Assembly: GCA_963676795.2 (NCBI GenBank)
Contig: CAXXTB010000002.1
Coordinates: 1,088,001-1,152,000, forward strand
Direction of reading: 5' to 3'
Origin: Geopsychrobacteraceae bacterium
Lineage (GTDB): Bacteria; Desulfobacterota; Desulfuromonadia; Desulfuromonadales; Geopsychrobacteraceae
DNA length: 64,000 bases
This document shows, piece by piece, positions 40,534-50,692 of the stretch (positions are counted from its first letter, which is position 1; each line of letters starts with the position of its first letter). The translations under genes and the position numbers were made by a program. The notes under the pieces were generated by a model that saw only the letters and a list, made by a program, of their open reading frames with translations, was not told the origin of the DNA and did no database searches.

Positions 40534-41876
40534 AAGTCAGACTGCCTCTCATTGTCATTGTTCTGATAGCACTGTTCGGCTTGACCGGAGCCAAGGTTGT
40601 TGCGCTCTGGCCTCAACAGGACCAGGCGCTGCTGGGACATGGCTTATCCCGCAACGCTGCCCCGGCGTTATCTCCTTTAGAGGAGGAGGCCTCCCGTCAA
40701 GCTGCGCTGATGACGCGCCTTGATAGGCGTCTTGAGGAGAATCCCGACGATTATGAGGCGAGCCTGCTCCGCGGTTTGCTGCTGTTTCAGCGTGGAGAGC
40801 TTGAGTCGGCTATTGCCGAACTGCGCGGCCTGGTTGCGCGGGCTCCCAAGTTTCAGCTGGCTCACCTGGTGCTGGGTGATCTGCTCAGTGCACGTTTCGA
40901 CCAGGTTGACTCTTTTGGTATCCGGGCGCTGGCCGGCAAACTTGACGGTCAACAGGAAATCCGCATCGAGCAGTTGCAGAACGAGGCACGGGCGAGAATC
41001 CAGGGCTACCTGGCCTTGGTCGAAGGGGTTGAGGTGCCGCAGGCGTTGACCAGTCTGAGTGCTTCCGTCGCCTATGCGCTGATCGTCGACAAGAGCAAAA
41101 ACCGGCTTTACGTCTTTTGCAACGCAGGTCCCGGCCTGCCACCTGAACTGGTTGATGATTTCTACATCGTCTTGGGCAAGAAGCCGGGGAACAAGCAGCA
41201 TGAAGGCGATCTGAAAACCCCCGATGGAGTCTATCACGTCACCTCCTATCTGCCGGATGATAAGCTGCCGCCTCTCTACGGTAGCGGCGCCTTTCCGACC
41301 AATTATCCGAATGCCTTTGATCGCCGTCAGAACAAAAGTGGCAGTGGCATCTGGCTGCATGGAACTGAAAAGTCGCTTTACAGCAGACCGCCTCTCGACA
41401 GTGAGGGGTGTGTTGTCTTGACCAACGAGGAGTTTTCGCGCATCATCCCCTACGTTCAGGTTGGCAAGACCCCGGTGATCATCTCGGAGCAGGTTGCCTG
41501 GATTTCCAGTAGCGAATGGTTGCAGCAGAATTTTGAAATACAGGCCGTTCTGGAAGCCTGGCGCCAGAGCTGGGAAGCGGCCGATGCTGAAGCCTATCTG
41601 GCCAAGTATGCCAGGGATTTCTGGTCTGACCGCTACGATCGGACGAGCTGGGCGCGTTATAAAAAACAGGTGTTTTCAGGCAAAACCTATCAGAAGATCG
41701 ATCTGAACGATGTTTCTATCCTGAGTTATCCTGCCAGTGAGCACTATCCTGAGATGAAACTGGTCAGTTTTGTTCAGAATTACCGGTCGAACAATTTCAG
41801 AGGGACTGTTGCCAAACAACTCTATCTGGTCAAGCGGGATAAAGACTGGAAGATTCTCTATGAAGGGGATCCCTGA
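40530..41876 (+). CDS. L,D-transpeptidase/carboxypeptidase (YkuD fold, Csd6-like) with N-terminal TPR and C-terminal NTF2-like domain
   Basis: Signal/TM N-terminus; VDKS, EGDLKTPDGVY, NYPNAFD, GIWLHG...SEGCVVL; LEAWRQSWEAADAEAYLAKY. Confidence 0.88.
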   Translation: MKVRLPLIVIVLIALFGLTGAKVVALWPQQDQALLGHGLSRNAAPALSPLEEEASRQAALMTRLDRRLEENPDDYEASLLRGLLLFQRGELESAIAELRGLVARAPKFQLAHLVLGDLLSARFDQVDSFGIRALAGKLDGQQEIRIEQLQNEARARIQGYLALVEGVEVPQALTSLSASVAYALIVDKSKNRLYVFCNAGPGLPPELVDDFYIVLGKKPGNKQHEGDLKTPDGVYHVTSYLPDDKLPPLYGSGAFPTNYPNAFDRRQNKSGSGIWLHGTEKSLYSRPPLDSEGCVVLTNEEFSRIIPYVQVGKTPVIISEQVAWISSSEWLQQNFEIQAVLEAWRQSWEAADAEAYLAKYARDFWSDRYDRTSWARYKKQVFSGKTYQKIDLNDVSILSYPASEHYPEMKLVSFVQNYRSNNFRGTVAKQLYLVKRDKDWKILYEGDP

Positions 41877-41883
41877 TTCCTGT

Positions 41884-42084
41884 TCAGGTCTGGATTTCAA
41901 GATCCTGAATCAGCTGATTCAGGTCCCAGCCATGGTATTCAGCGACAACCTCAAGCCTTTCGAAGAGCATTTCGCAGCAGACGCAGCTCCCTGATTTTTT
42001 GTCGTAGGCCTGAAAAACCTCGAGGGTGTCAGGCCAGTCACTGAGAATGTCGAGCAGGGTCATCTGGGCAGTAATCTCGGGCAT
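41884..42084 (-). CDS. Small DUF1858-like protein with a CVCC motif
   Basis: ITAQMTLLDILSDWPDTLEVF...CVCCEMLFERLEVVA; AGGAG RBS. Confidence 0.65.
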   Translation of the reverse strand: MPEITAQMTLLDILSDWPDTLEVFQAYDKKSGSCVCCEMLFERLEVVAEYHGWDLNQLIQDLEIQT

Positions 42085-42236
42085 CCTTGTTCTCCTGAAG
42101 ATAATTTTACTTCAATCCTGAATCGGCTGCACTCAAGTGGCGCTTGAGGCTGGCGGCAGGGGGTGAAAAGAAATTGACAGAATCAACTTATCTATGATTC
42201 CCTAGACCGCTATTTGCATCAGATTCGGATATATTT

Positions 42237-43271
42237 ATGTTTTTGGACGAATTCGACTATGAACTGCCGGAAGAGCTGATTGCTCAGTTTCCTGCTGAGC
42301 AACGAGACGCTTCGCGACTCATGTGCCTGCAGCGTGATACCGGTTTCGTCACATGTGGACAGTTTACAGACATTCCCGACTATTTTAAAGAGGGGGATGT
42401 CCTGGTTTTGAATAATACCATGGTGATTCCGGCGCGCCTGCTGGGCAACAAGCCAAGCGGCGGCAAGGTTGAGATACTGCTGGTTCGTCAGGCTGGCCGG
42501 GGGGATGCCTGTGACTGGTTGTGCCTGACCAAATCTTCGAAGCCGTTGAAAACGGGAGTTCGGATTGAGTTTGCGGAGAATTTTACGGCGCAGATTCTTG
42601 GTGAGGCAGAACCGCCGTACCGTCTAGTTCGTTTTGAATGTGGCGGTGACCTGTTCACTGAACTGGAGAGGATTGGCCATCTGCCGCTGCCGCCTTATAT
42701 CAAGAGGGACGACAATCAGCAGGATCAGAACCGTTATCAGACGGTTTTTGCCCGGGAGAAGGGTGCCGTTGCTGCGCCGACGGCCGGTTTGCATTTCACC
42801 TCCGCCATTCTCGACCAGATCCGTCAGCGTGGAGTGCATATCTGCTCCCTGACCCTGCATGTCGGATTGGGGACCTTCCTGCCGGTCAGGGTCGAAAACG
42901 TGGCTGAGCACAAGATGCATGCGGAGTATTATTCGATCCCGCCTGAGACCGCTGAGGTGGTCAATCTGGCGCATCGCAACGGAGGGCGTGTTTTCGCGCT
43001 GGGGACAACCAGTGCCAGAGCGATGGAAACGGCTGCAACGGAAGACCGTCAGCTGCAGGCCGGTTCGGGGGACAGCGAAATCTTTATCTATCCTGGCTAT
43101 GAGTTCAAGGTTGTCGACGCTCTGGTGACAAATTTCCATTTGCCGAAATCGACCCTGCTGATGCTGGTATCGGCGCTGGCCGGAAAAGACAATATCATGG
43201 CGGCCTATCGTCGCGCGGTTGAAGAGCGTTTCCGTTTTTTCAGCTATGGTGATTGCATGCTGATTATCTAA
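42237..43271 (+). CDS. queA: S-adenosylmethionine:tRNA ribosyltransferase-isomerase
   Basis: FDYELPEELIAQ, PLPPYI, YQTVFA, AAPTAGLHF, TNFHLPKSTL, FFSYGD. Confidence 0.98.
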   Translation: MFLDEFDYELPEELIAQFPAEQRDASRLMCLQRDTGFVTCGQFTDIPDYFKEGDVLVLNNTMVIPARLLGNKPSGGKVEILLVRQAGRGDACDWLCLTKSSKPLKTGVRIEFAENFTAQILGEAEPPYRLVRFECGGDLFTELERIGHLPLPPYIKRDDNQQDQNRYQTVFAREKGAVAAPTAGLHFTSAILDQIRQRGVHICSLTLHVGLGTFLPVRVENVAEHKMHAEYYSIPPETAEVVNLAHRNGGRVFALGTTSARAMETAATEDRQLQAGSGDSEIFIYPGYEFKVVDALVTNFHLPKSTLLMLVSALAGKDNIMAAYRRAVEERFRFFSYGDCMLII

Positions 43272-43285
43272 TTTGATGGAAGTGA

Positions 43286-44413
<1,128 letters not shown>

Positions 44414-44458
44414 TACTGTTGCGGCACTGAAGCCGTGACCCTAATGAAGGAGGATGTA

Positions 44459-44767
44459 ATGGCGACAGAAGCGTTTGCAATGGCGGGAGCCGCTGCGCAG
44501 GGAGGAAACCCCTATCAACCGATCATCATGCTTGTGGCGATGTTTGCCATTTTCTATTTTCTGCTCATCAGGCCTCAGCAGAAGCGGGCCAAGCAGCAGA
44601 AAGAGATGATGAACAGCCTGCAGCCGGGCGAGAGTGTCGTGACGGCCGGCGGTCTTCATGGCAAGATTACGGCTGTTGAAGATGGTGTCGTCAGTGTCGA
44701 GATCGCCAACGGCGTTGTCATCAAAATCAATCGTGCCTCGATTTCCGAAGTCAAGAGATCCGCATAA
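44459..44767 (+). CDS. yajC: Preprotein translocase subunit YajC
   Basis: FYFLLIRPQQKR, VVTAGGLHG; AGGAGG RBS. Confidence 0.96.
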   Translation: MATEAFAMAGAAAQGGNPYQPIIMLVAMFAIFYFLLIRPQQKRAKQQKEMMNSLQPGESVVTAGGLHGKITAVEDGVVSVEIANGVVIKINRASISEVKRSA

Positions 44768-44811
44768 TCGATTCCACTTATATCTTCATCGATACATTCA
44801 GGGAGATCTAG

Positions 44812-46407
44812 ATGTCTAACAGTCTGAAACTCAGGGGTATACTGGTTGTTCTCTGTATCCTCCTGGCCATTTTTGCCATAGCGCCTACTGTCATGCGCGG
44901 CAGCCTGCCGCAATGGTGGACGAATACTGTCGGGCCGATCCAGCTTGGCCTCGACCTGCAGGGGGGGATGCACCTGGTCCTTGGGGTTGATGCCGACAAA
45001 GCAGTCGAGAGCCGGATCGACACGGTCATCGATCAACTTGAAAACGATCTGCGCGAAAAGGATCTCATCTTCAAGCGGATCGAACGTCAGGGTGATCGCC
45101 TTGCCGTTATCGTCTACGACGATCAGGAAGGCGCCAAGATCGATGCTCTGATGGCGGACCAGTTTCCGAGCATGGAAGGGGAAACCCTGACCGGTGCTGG
45201 CGGCTATGTCGAGAAACACTACCGTCTGAGCGATAACGAGATCGAAAATATCAAGGACTACGCTGTCCGGCAGGCGCTCGAAACCATGCGTAACCGGGTC
45301 GATCAGTTCGGCGTCAGTGAGCCGACCCTGCAGCGTCAGAGCGGTAACCGCATTCTGATCCAGCTGCCGGGTGTCGAAGATCCGGAGCGTGCTATCGCCC
45401 TGCTCGGTAAAACCGCCCGTCTCGAATTCAAGATGGTCGATGAGACCGCCAACCTTCAGGACGCTGTCGCAGGCAACCTCAAGCCGGGGACCCAGCTGCT
45501 CTATGAGCGTAACGTCAACAAGGCGACCGGCGGTGTGAGCGAGACCCCTCTGGTTGTTTTTGACAAGACCGCTCTGACCGGTGACCTGCTCGCCGACGCC
45601 AATGTGCGTATCGATACCCGTTTCAATGAACCCTATGTCGCCATCGACTTCAACGCTGTCGGTGCTAAGCGTTTTGACCAGATCACTGCTGCCAACGTCG
45701 GCAAGCGGATGGCGATCGTCCTCGATGACACGGTCTATTCGGCTCCGGTCATCCGTGAGCGGATTTCCGGTGGCAGCGCCCAGATCTCCGGTTCCTTTAC
45801 CTCGCAGGAAGCGACCGACCTGGCGATTGTCCTGCGTGCAGGTTCGCTGCCCGCGCCGGTCAAGATCCTCGAAAACCGTACCGTCGGACCATCCCTGGGA
45901 CAGGATTCGATCGATCGCGGCATCAAGTCGATCTGGGTCGGTGGTATCTTGGTTATTCTGGCGATTCTCGTCTATTATCAACTCTCGGGTGTCGTTGCTG
46001 TTATCGCTCTGGTTCTCAATATCGTCTTCATCACGGCGCTGCTGTCTCTGTTCGGTGCGACCCTGACCCTGCCGGGCCTGGCTGGTATCGTTCTGACCGT
46101 CGGTATGGCTGTTGATGCCAACGTGCTGATCTTTGAGCGGGTTCGGGAAGAACTGCGTCTTGGTCGGGCACCGAAGCTGGCTCTCGACTCGGGTTACAGT
46201 AAGGCGTTTTTGACCATTATCGATGCCAATATTACCACCCTGATCGCCGCTCTGGTTCTCTTTCAGTTCGGTACCGGTCCGGTCCGCGGTTTTGCCGTTA
46301 CCCTGTCGATCGGTATTCTTGCGTCCCTGTTTACCGCTATCTTTGTCTCTCGTGTAATTTTTGATCTGTTCTTGTCTGGCCGCGACGTCAAGCGGCTGAG
46401 TATATAA
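44812..46407 (+). CDS. secD: Protein translocase subunit SecD
   Basis: LGLDLQGG, RVDQFGVSEP, LRAGSLPAP, GMAVDANVLIFER. Confidence 0.98.
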   Translation: MSNSLKLRGILVVLCILLAIFAIAPTVMRGSLPQWWTNTVGPIQLGLDLQGGMHLVLGVDADKAVESRIDTVIDQLENDLREKDLIFKRIERQGDRLAVIVYDDQEGAKIDALMADQFPSMEGETLTGAGGYVEKHYRLSDNEIENIKDYAVRQALETMRNRVDQFGVSEPTLQRQSGNRILIQLPGVEDPERAIALLGKTARLEFKMVDETANLQDAVAGNLKPGTQLLYERNVNKATGGVSETPLVVFDKTALTGDLLADANVRIDTRFNEPYVAIDFNAVGAKRFDQITAANVGKRMAIVLDDTVYSAPVIRERISGGSAQISGSFTSQEATDLAIVLRAGSLPAPVKILENRTVGPSLGQDSIDRGIKSIWVGGILVILAILVYYQLSGVVAVIALVLNIVFITALLSLFGATLTLPGLAGIVLTVGMAVDANVLIFERVREELRLGRAPKLALDSGYSKAFLTIIDANITTLIAALVLFQFGTGPVRGFAVTLSIGILASLFTAIFVSRVIFDLFLSGRDVKRLSI

Positions 46408-46422
46408 GGAGGCTGAGCGGAA

Positions 46423-47337
46423 ATGCAGTTGATCAAACCAGATGTCAATTTCGATTTTGTTGGCAAGCGTAAAGCCGCCATCATTCTTTCTGTGGTCCTG
46501 ATTTTGATCGGAATCGTCTCCCTTATTGTCAAGGGCGGCCCCGATTACGGTGTCGATTTCGCCGGCGGCACCCTGATTCAAGTCAAGTTTGAACAGGCCA
46601 CTGAACCTGCTGAAATCAAGACGGCGATTGCCGATCTTAACCTGGGCAGTCCGGTTGTCCAGACCTTTGGCGAAAGCCAGAGCGAATACCTGATTCGTGT
46701 CGAACAGACCACCGCCGAGCTCGAAGGCTTGTCCCAGAAGGTTCAGGCTGACCTGGAGAAAACCTTCGGTGCTGGTAAGGTCGATATTCGCCGGGTTGAA
46801 ATGGTCGGTCCTCAGGTCGGTAAGGATCTGCGCAGTAAGGGACTTCAGGCGATCCTCTATGCCATGATCGGGATTCTGATCTACATCTCCTGGCGTTTCG
46901 AGTTCCGCTTTGCCATCGGGGCGATCGTCGCCCTGGTTCATGACGTGCTGATCACCCTCGGCATGTTCAGTGTCTTCGGCAAGGAGATCGACCTGCCGAT
47001 CATCGCGGCTTTTCTGGCGATTATCGGTTATTCGCTGAACGATACTATCATCGTCTATGACCGGATTCGCGAGAATATGGCCAAGCACAACAAGGAGAGC
47101 TTCTCGTTCATCGTCAATCGCAGCATCAACGAGACTCTCTCCAGAACACTGCTGACCTCCGGCACGACCTTGCTGGTTGTCCTGGCCCTGTTTGCCCTGG
47201 GGGGCGGGGTTATTCACAACTTTGCCTTTGCGATGCTGGTCGGGGTTATCGTCGGGACCTACTCCTCGATCTTTGTTGCCAGCCCGATTCTGATCTTCTG
47301 GCAGCAGAAAAAAGTGAAGAAAGTTACTGCGTCCTGA
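46423..47337 (+). CDS. secF: Protein translocase subunit SecF
   Basis: GVDFAGG, VGPQVG, HDV, GYSLNDTIIVYDRIRE, GTYSSIFVA. Confidence 0.98.
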   Translation: MQLIKPDVNFDFVGKRKAAIILSVVLILIGIVSLIVKGGPDYGVDFAGGTLIQVKFEQATEPAEIKTAIADLNLGSPVVQTFGESQSEYLIRVEQTTAELEGLSQKVQADLEKTFGAGKVDIRRVEMVGPQVGKDLRSKGLQAILYAMIGILIYISWRFEFRFAIGAIVALVHDVLITLGMFSVFGKEIDLPIIAAFLAIIGYSLNDTIIVYDRIRENMAKHNKESFSFIVNRSINETLSRTLLTSGTTLLVVLALFALGGGVIHNFAFAMLVGVIVGTYSSIFVASPILIFWQQKKVKKVTAS

Positions 47338-47350
47338 TAAAGGAGCTGTC

Positions 47351-47926
47351 ATGAAAAAAGAAACGGTTCTGCTGGTTGTTGTTGTTCTGGTCGCCGGAAT
47401 TCTGATCGGTGTGATCGTTTCTAACATGCGTAAGGATAATCGGCAGTCGTCGCCGTCACCGGTCGTACCATCGGCGGCGATTGTCGATCATCAGCAACGG
47501 ATCGCCACGCTTGAGGAGATCGTTGCCAAAGAACCGCAGAACCGCAATGCCTGGGTTCAGCTGGGTCATAACTTCTTTGACTCCGAGCAGCCGATGAAGG
47601 CGATTGATGCCTACGCCAAGGCGCTTGAACTTGACGCCGACGATCCTGATATCCTGACCGACCAGGGGATCATGTTTCGCCGGGTAGGCTGGTATGACAG
47701 GGCGATCGCCAACTTTATCAGGGCCACTGACTTAAAACCGGATCATCAGCAGAGCCTCTACAATCTTGGGATCATCTACCGCTACGATCTCAAGGATTTT
47801 GCCAGTGCGGCTCAGGCCTGGGGACGTTTGCTTGAGCTCGACCCGAACGGCCCGAATGCGACTCAGCTGAAGGCTGAAGTCGAATTCCTCAAGACCCACA
47901 TGCAGCTGGTCCACCCCCAACAATAA
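47351..47926 (+). CDS. Membrane-anchored TPR protein
   Basis: N-terminal TM and TPR repeats (AWVQLGHNFFD...AIDAYAKAL; SLYNLGIIY). Confidence 0.85.
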   Translation: MKKETVLLVVVVLVAGILIGVIVSNMRKDNRQSSPSPVVPSAAIVDHQQRIATLEEIVAKEPQNRNAWVQLGHNFFDSEQPMKAIDAYAKALELDADDPDILTDQGIMFRRVGWYDRAIANFIRATDLKPDHQQSLYNLGIIYRYDLKDFASAAQAWGRLLELDPNGPNATQLKAEVEFLKTHMQLVHPQQ

Positions 47927-47930
47927 GATC

Positions 47931-47957
47931 AAAGCCGGGTTTTGGCCCGGCTTTTTT
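47931..47957 (+). terminator. Intrinsic terminator after the TPR gene
   Basis: AAAGCCGGGT-tttg-GCCCGGCTTTTTT. Confidence 0.85.
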
Positions 47958-47972
47958 GCTTGGATTAGACAA

Positions 47973-49682
47973 ATGCAGCCTATTTATCGGAGGCGCTGGC
48001 AACTGCGCCAGAACAAGCCGCAACCTGAGCTGGTCAGCGAACTGGCCAGGCTTCTGCATATCAATCCCCTGACAGCACAGATTCTGGTGTTGCGCGGAAT
48101 CAGCGATGTGCCCAGCGGCGAGGAGTTTCTGCGCGCTAACCTGAGCTGTCTGCCCGACCCCGACCTGCTGCCCGATATGCGAATTGCCTGTCAGCGGATC
48201 GAGCTGGCTCTGATGCACGGGGAGCGGATCGCGATCCATGGCGACTATGATGTCGACGGGATCAGCGGCTGCTCACTGCTGGTCGAGGTGCTGCGCAAGC
48301 TCGGTGCAGAAGTCGATTATCATATCCCGTTACGCCTGGTCGACGGCTACGGTCTGTCGGCTGAGGCCCTGCGTAAGGCCGCTGAGCATGGCTGCAGTTT
48401 GGCTATCTCGGTGGACTGTGGGGTCAGTGCTGTGTCTGAAGCGGAGCTTGCCGCCGAGCTTGGTCTCGATCTGATTATCACCGATCACCATCAGCCCCCG
48501 GACCAGTTGCCCAGGTGTCTGGCACTGATCAATCCGCATCTGTCCGGCTGCCGCTTCCCCTGGCGCGAGCTCTCCGGAGTCGGCGTTGCATTTTTTCTGT
48601 TAGCGGGCCTGCGTCGCCGGTTGCGGGAAAACGGCTATTTTGAAAGTCATCCTGAACCTGATCTGCGTCAGAGCCTCGATCTGGTTGCGCTCGGTACGAT
48701 TGCCGATATTGTCCCATTGGGCGGGGTGAACCGGATCCTGACCCGCAGCGGGCTGCAACTGATGGAGCGGGACAGCCGGCCGGGGCTCACGGCGCTCAAG
48801 CAGGTTGCCGATGTCAAGCAGGTGACCAGCGGGGTGGTCGGCTTCAGATTGGCCCCGAGGCTCAATGCTGCCGGTCGCCTGGAAGATGCCGCCCTGGGAG
48901 TGCAACTGCTGCTCAACGAGGACGGGGATCTGGCAGGACTCGCAAGCCTGCTTGACGGTTTTAACCGTGAACGTCAGCTGCTTGAACAGAAAACCTTGCA
49001 GGAAGCCTGCCGCAAGGTCGAAGACGAAATCTCAGATGACAGCTACAGTATCGTGCTGGCTGGTGACGACTGGCACCCCGGCGTCATCGGCATCGTCGCC
49101 AGTCGGCTGGTAGAACGCTATCATCGCCCGGTTGTCATGCTTGCTGTTGATGGTGAGCAGGCCAAGGGGTCAGCCCGTTCGATCAAGGGATTTCATCTCC
49201 ATCGTGGTTTGCAGGATTGTGCCGGGCAGCTGAGTGCTTTTGGCGGGCATGAGATGGCTGCCGGTATGTCCCTGGAGAAATGTACCATCGACGCATTCAG
49301 AAGCAGTTTCGAACTGGCCTGTCGCAACCAGCTGCAGGAGGATGATCTGGTTCCGGTCGCCCTCCATGATGGTGAGGTTGAACTTGAGCAGATCACCCGG
49401 AAATGGCTTGCAGAACTTGAATTGCTCAACCCCTGCGGAGCGGGCAATCCTCAGCCCGCGTTTGTTAGCCAGCGCTGCCGGGTCCTTGACGCCCGGGTGC
49501 TTGCCGATAAACATCTTAAATTCAGTGTCGAACAACAGGGATCACGGGTTGATTGCATCGCTTTCGGTATGGCCGAACGCTATGCTGAGCTGGCCGGCTG
49601 TGTCGATCTGTTATATCGTCCCGGCTTGAATAGCTGGCGCGGAACAACCTCGGTTCAGCTGCAGGTTATGGATTTTCGTTGA
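47973..49682 (+). CDS. recJ: Single-stranded-DNA-specific exonuclease RecJ
   Basis: GDYDVDG, VDCG, ITDHH, GTIAD, PRLNAAGRL, GSARS, GGHEMAAG. Confidence 0.97.
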   Translation: MQPIYRRRWQLRQNKPQPELVSELARLLHINPLTAQILVLRGISDVPSGEEFLRANLSCLPDPDLLPDMRIACQRIELALMHGERIAIHGDYDVDGISGCSLLVEVLRKLGAEVDYHIPLRLVDGYGLSAEALRKAAEHGCSLAISVDCGVSAVSEAELAAELGLDLIITDHHQPPDQLPRCLALINPHLSGCRFPWRELSGVGVAFFLLAGLRRRLRENGYFESHPEPDLRQSLDLVALGTIADIVPLGGVNRILTRSGLQLMERDSRPGLTALKQVADVKQVTSGVVGFRLAPRLNAAGRLEDAALGVQLLLNEDGDLAGLASLLDGFNRERQLLEQKTLQEACRKVEDEISDDSYSIVLAGDDWHPGVIGIVASRLVERYHRPVVMLAVDGEQAKGSARSIKGFHLHRGLQDCAGQLSAFGGHEMAAGMSLEKCTIDAFRSSFELACRNQLQEDDLVPVALHDGEVELEQITRKWLAELELLNPCGAGNPQPAFVSQRCRVLDARVLADKHLKFSVEQQGSRVDCIAFGMAERYAELAGCVDLLYRPGLNSWRGTTSVQLQVMDFR

Positions 49683-49693
49683 TTGGATTGACT

Positions 49694-50674
49694 ATGGAAG
49701 AAACGAGTCTTGTTGAACAACTGGCTGACAGGCTGGCATGTAAAACCGAGATCGGTGCCGTTCTGGCTGAGCACAACAGCTGGAGGATCGGTGGCAGGGC
49801 TGACCTGCTGATCGAGCCGGAGAGTATAGCGCAGGTCGCTGCAGCCGTATGTCTGGTGCGTGATTCCGGGCTGCCGCTGCTGGTGATCGGTCAGGGAACC
49901 AACCTGCTGTTTGATGATGCCGGTGTTCGCGGTGTGGTCCTGAAACTGGGAGAGCGCTTTTCGGCTATCAGGTTTGACGGCCAGGAGATTTATGCGCAAG
50001 CCGGGGCCTGGGTGCCTCAGCTCGCCCGGTTGGCGATGAAGCAGGGCTTGGCCGGGCTTGAACACTGCATAGGCATTCCGGGTACCGTCGGTGGTTTGGT
50101 CGCCATGAACGGTGGCAGTCAGCGCCATGCTATCGGTGAAAATATAGTCGGGGTGACCGTCGTCGACCGCCATGGGAATGTGGTCGAGCTCAGCAATGAG
50201 CAGTGTCATTTCGGTTACCGGCACAGTGCTCTACAGGAGAGCGGACAGATCGTTGTTGGCGCAAAGCTCTACTGTCCGCAGGCGGCAGTGACTCAGGTTC
50301 GCCGAGAGATGCTCAGCGATCTGCGGATCAGGCGTTCAAAATTCCCGCGCAAGGAGCCGAACTGCGGTTCGGTTTTCTTAAGCACCAGCGAAATGCACGC
50401 AAGCTTTGGACCGCCGGGTAAGATCATTGAAGAGGCGGGGCTCAAGGGGGAACGCTGCGGTCAGGCCCAGGTTTCGCACAAGCATGCCAACTTTATTGTC
50501 AACCTCGGCGGTGCCAGCTCCCGGGATGTTCTTGCCCTGATCTCCCGTATTCGCGACCTTGTCCGTAAGCGGATCGGTTTTGATCTCTGTTGTGAGGTCC
50601 GCTACGTCAGTCCCGCCTGCGAAGTGATTCCCGCCCACAAAAAAGCGGATGAGCTGTTCGGCTCACCCGCTTGA
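49694..50674 (+). CDS. murB: UDP-N-acetylmuramate dehydrogenase
   Basis: WRIGGRA, GQGTNLL, GIPGTVGG..MNGG, FGYRHS, NCGSVF, HANFIVNLG. Confidence 0.9.
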   Translation: MEETSLVEQLADRLACKTEIGAVLAEHNSWRIGGRADLLIEPESIAQVAAAVCLVRDSGLPLLVIGQGTNLLFDDAGVRGVVLKLGERFSAIRFDGQEIYAQAGAWVPQLARLAMKQGLAGLEHCIGIPGTVGGLVAMNGGSQRHAIGENIVGVTVVDRHGNVVELSNEQCHFGYRHSALQESGQIVVGAKLYCPQAAVTQVRREMLSDLRIRRSKFPRKEPNCGSVFLSTSEMHASFGPPGKIIEEAGLKGERCGQAQVSHKHANFIVNLGGASSRDVLALISRIRDLVRKRIGFDLCCEVRYVSPACEVIPAHKKADELFGSPA

Positions 50675-50692
50675 ATTTCTTGACGGCAAGGT

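Noticed and set aside
44656..47427. 923-aa minus-strand ORF opposite secD/secF, and similar long antisense ORFs opposite eno, ahcY, tsf, ilvB and rpsA
   Set aside because: Shadow frames of highly biased genes: no recognisable motifs, and they lie almost entirely over clear conserved genes.
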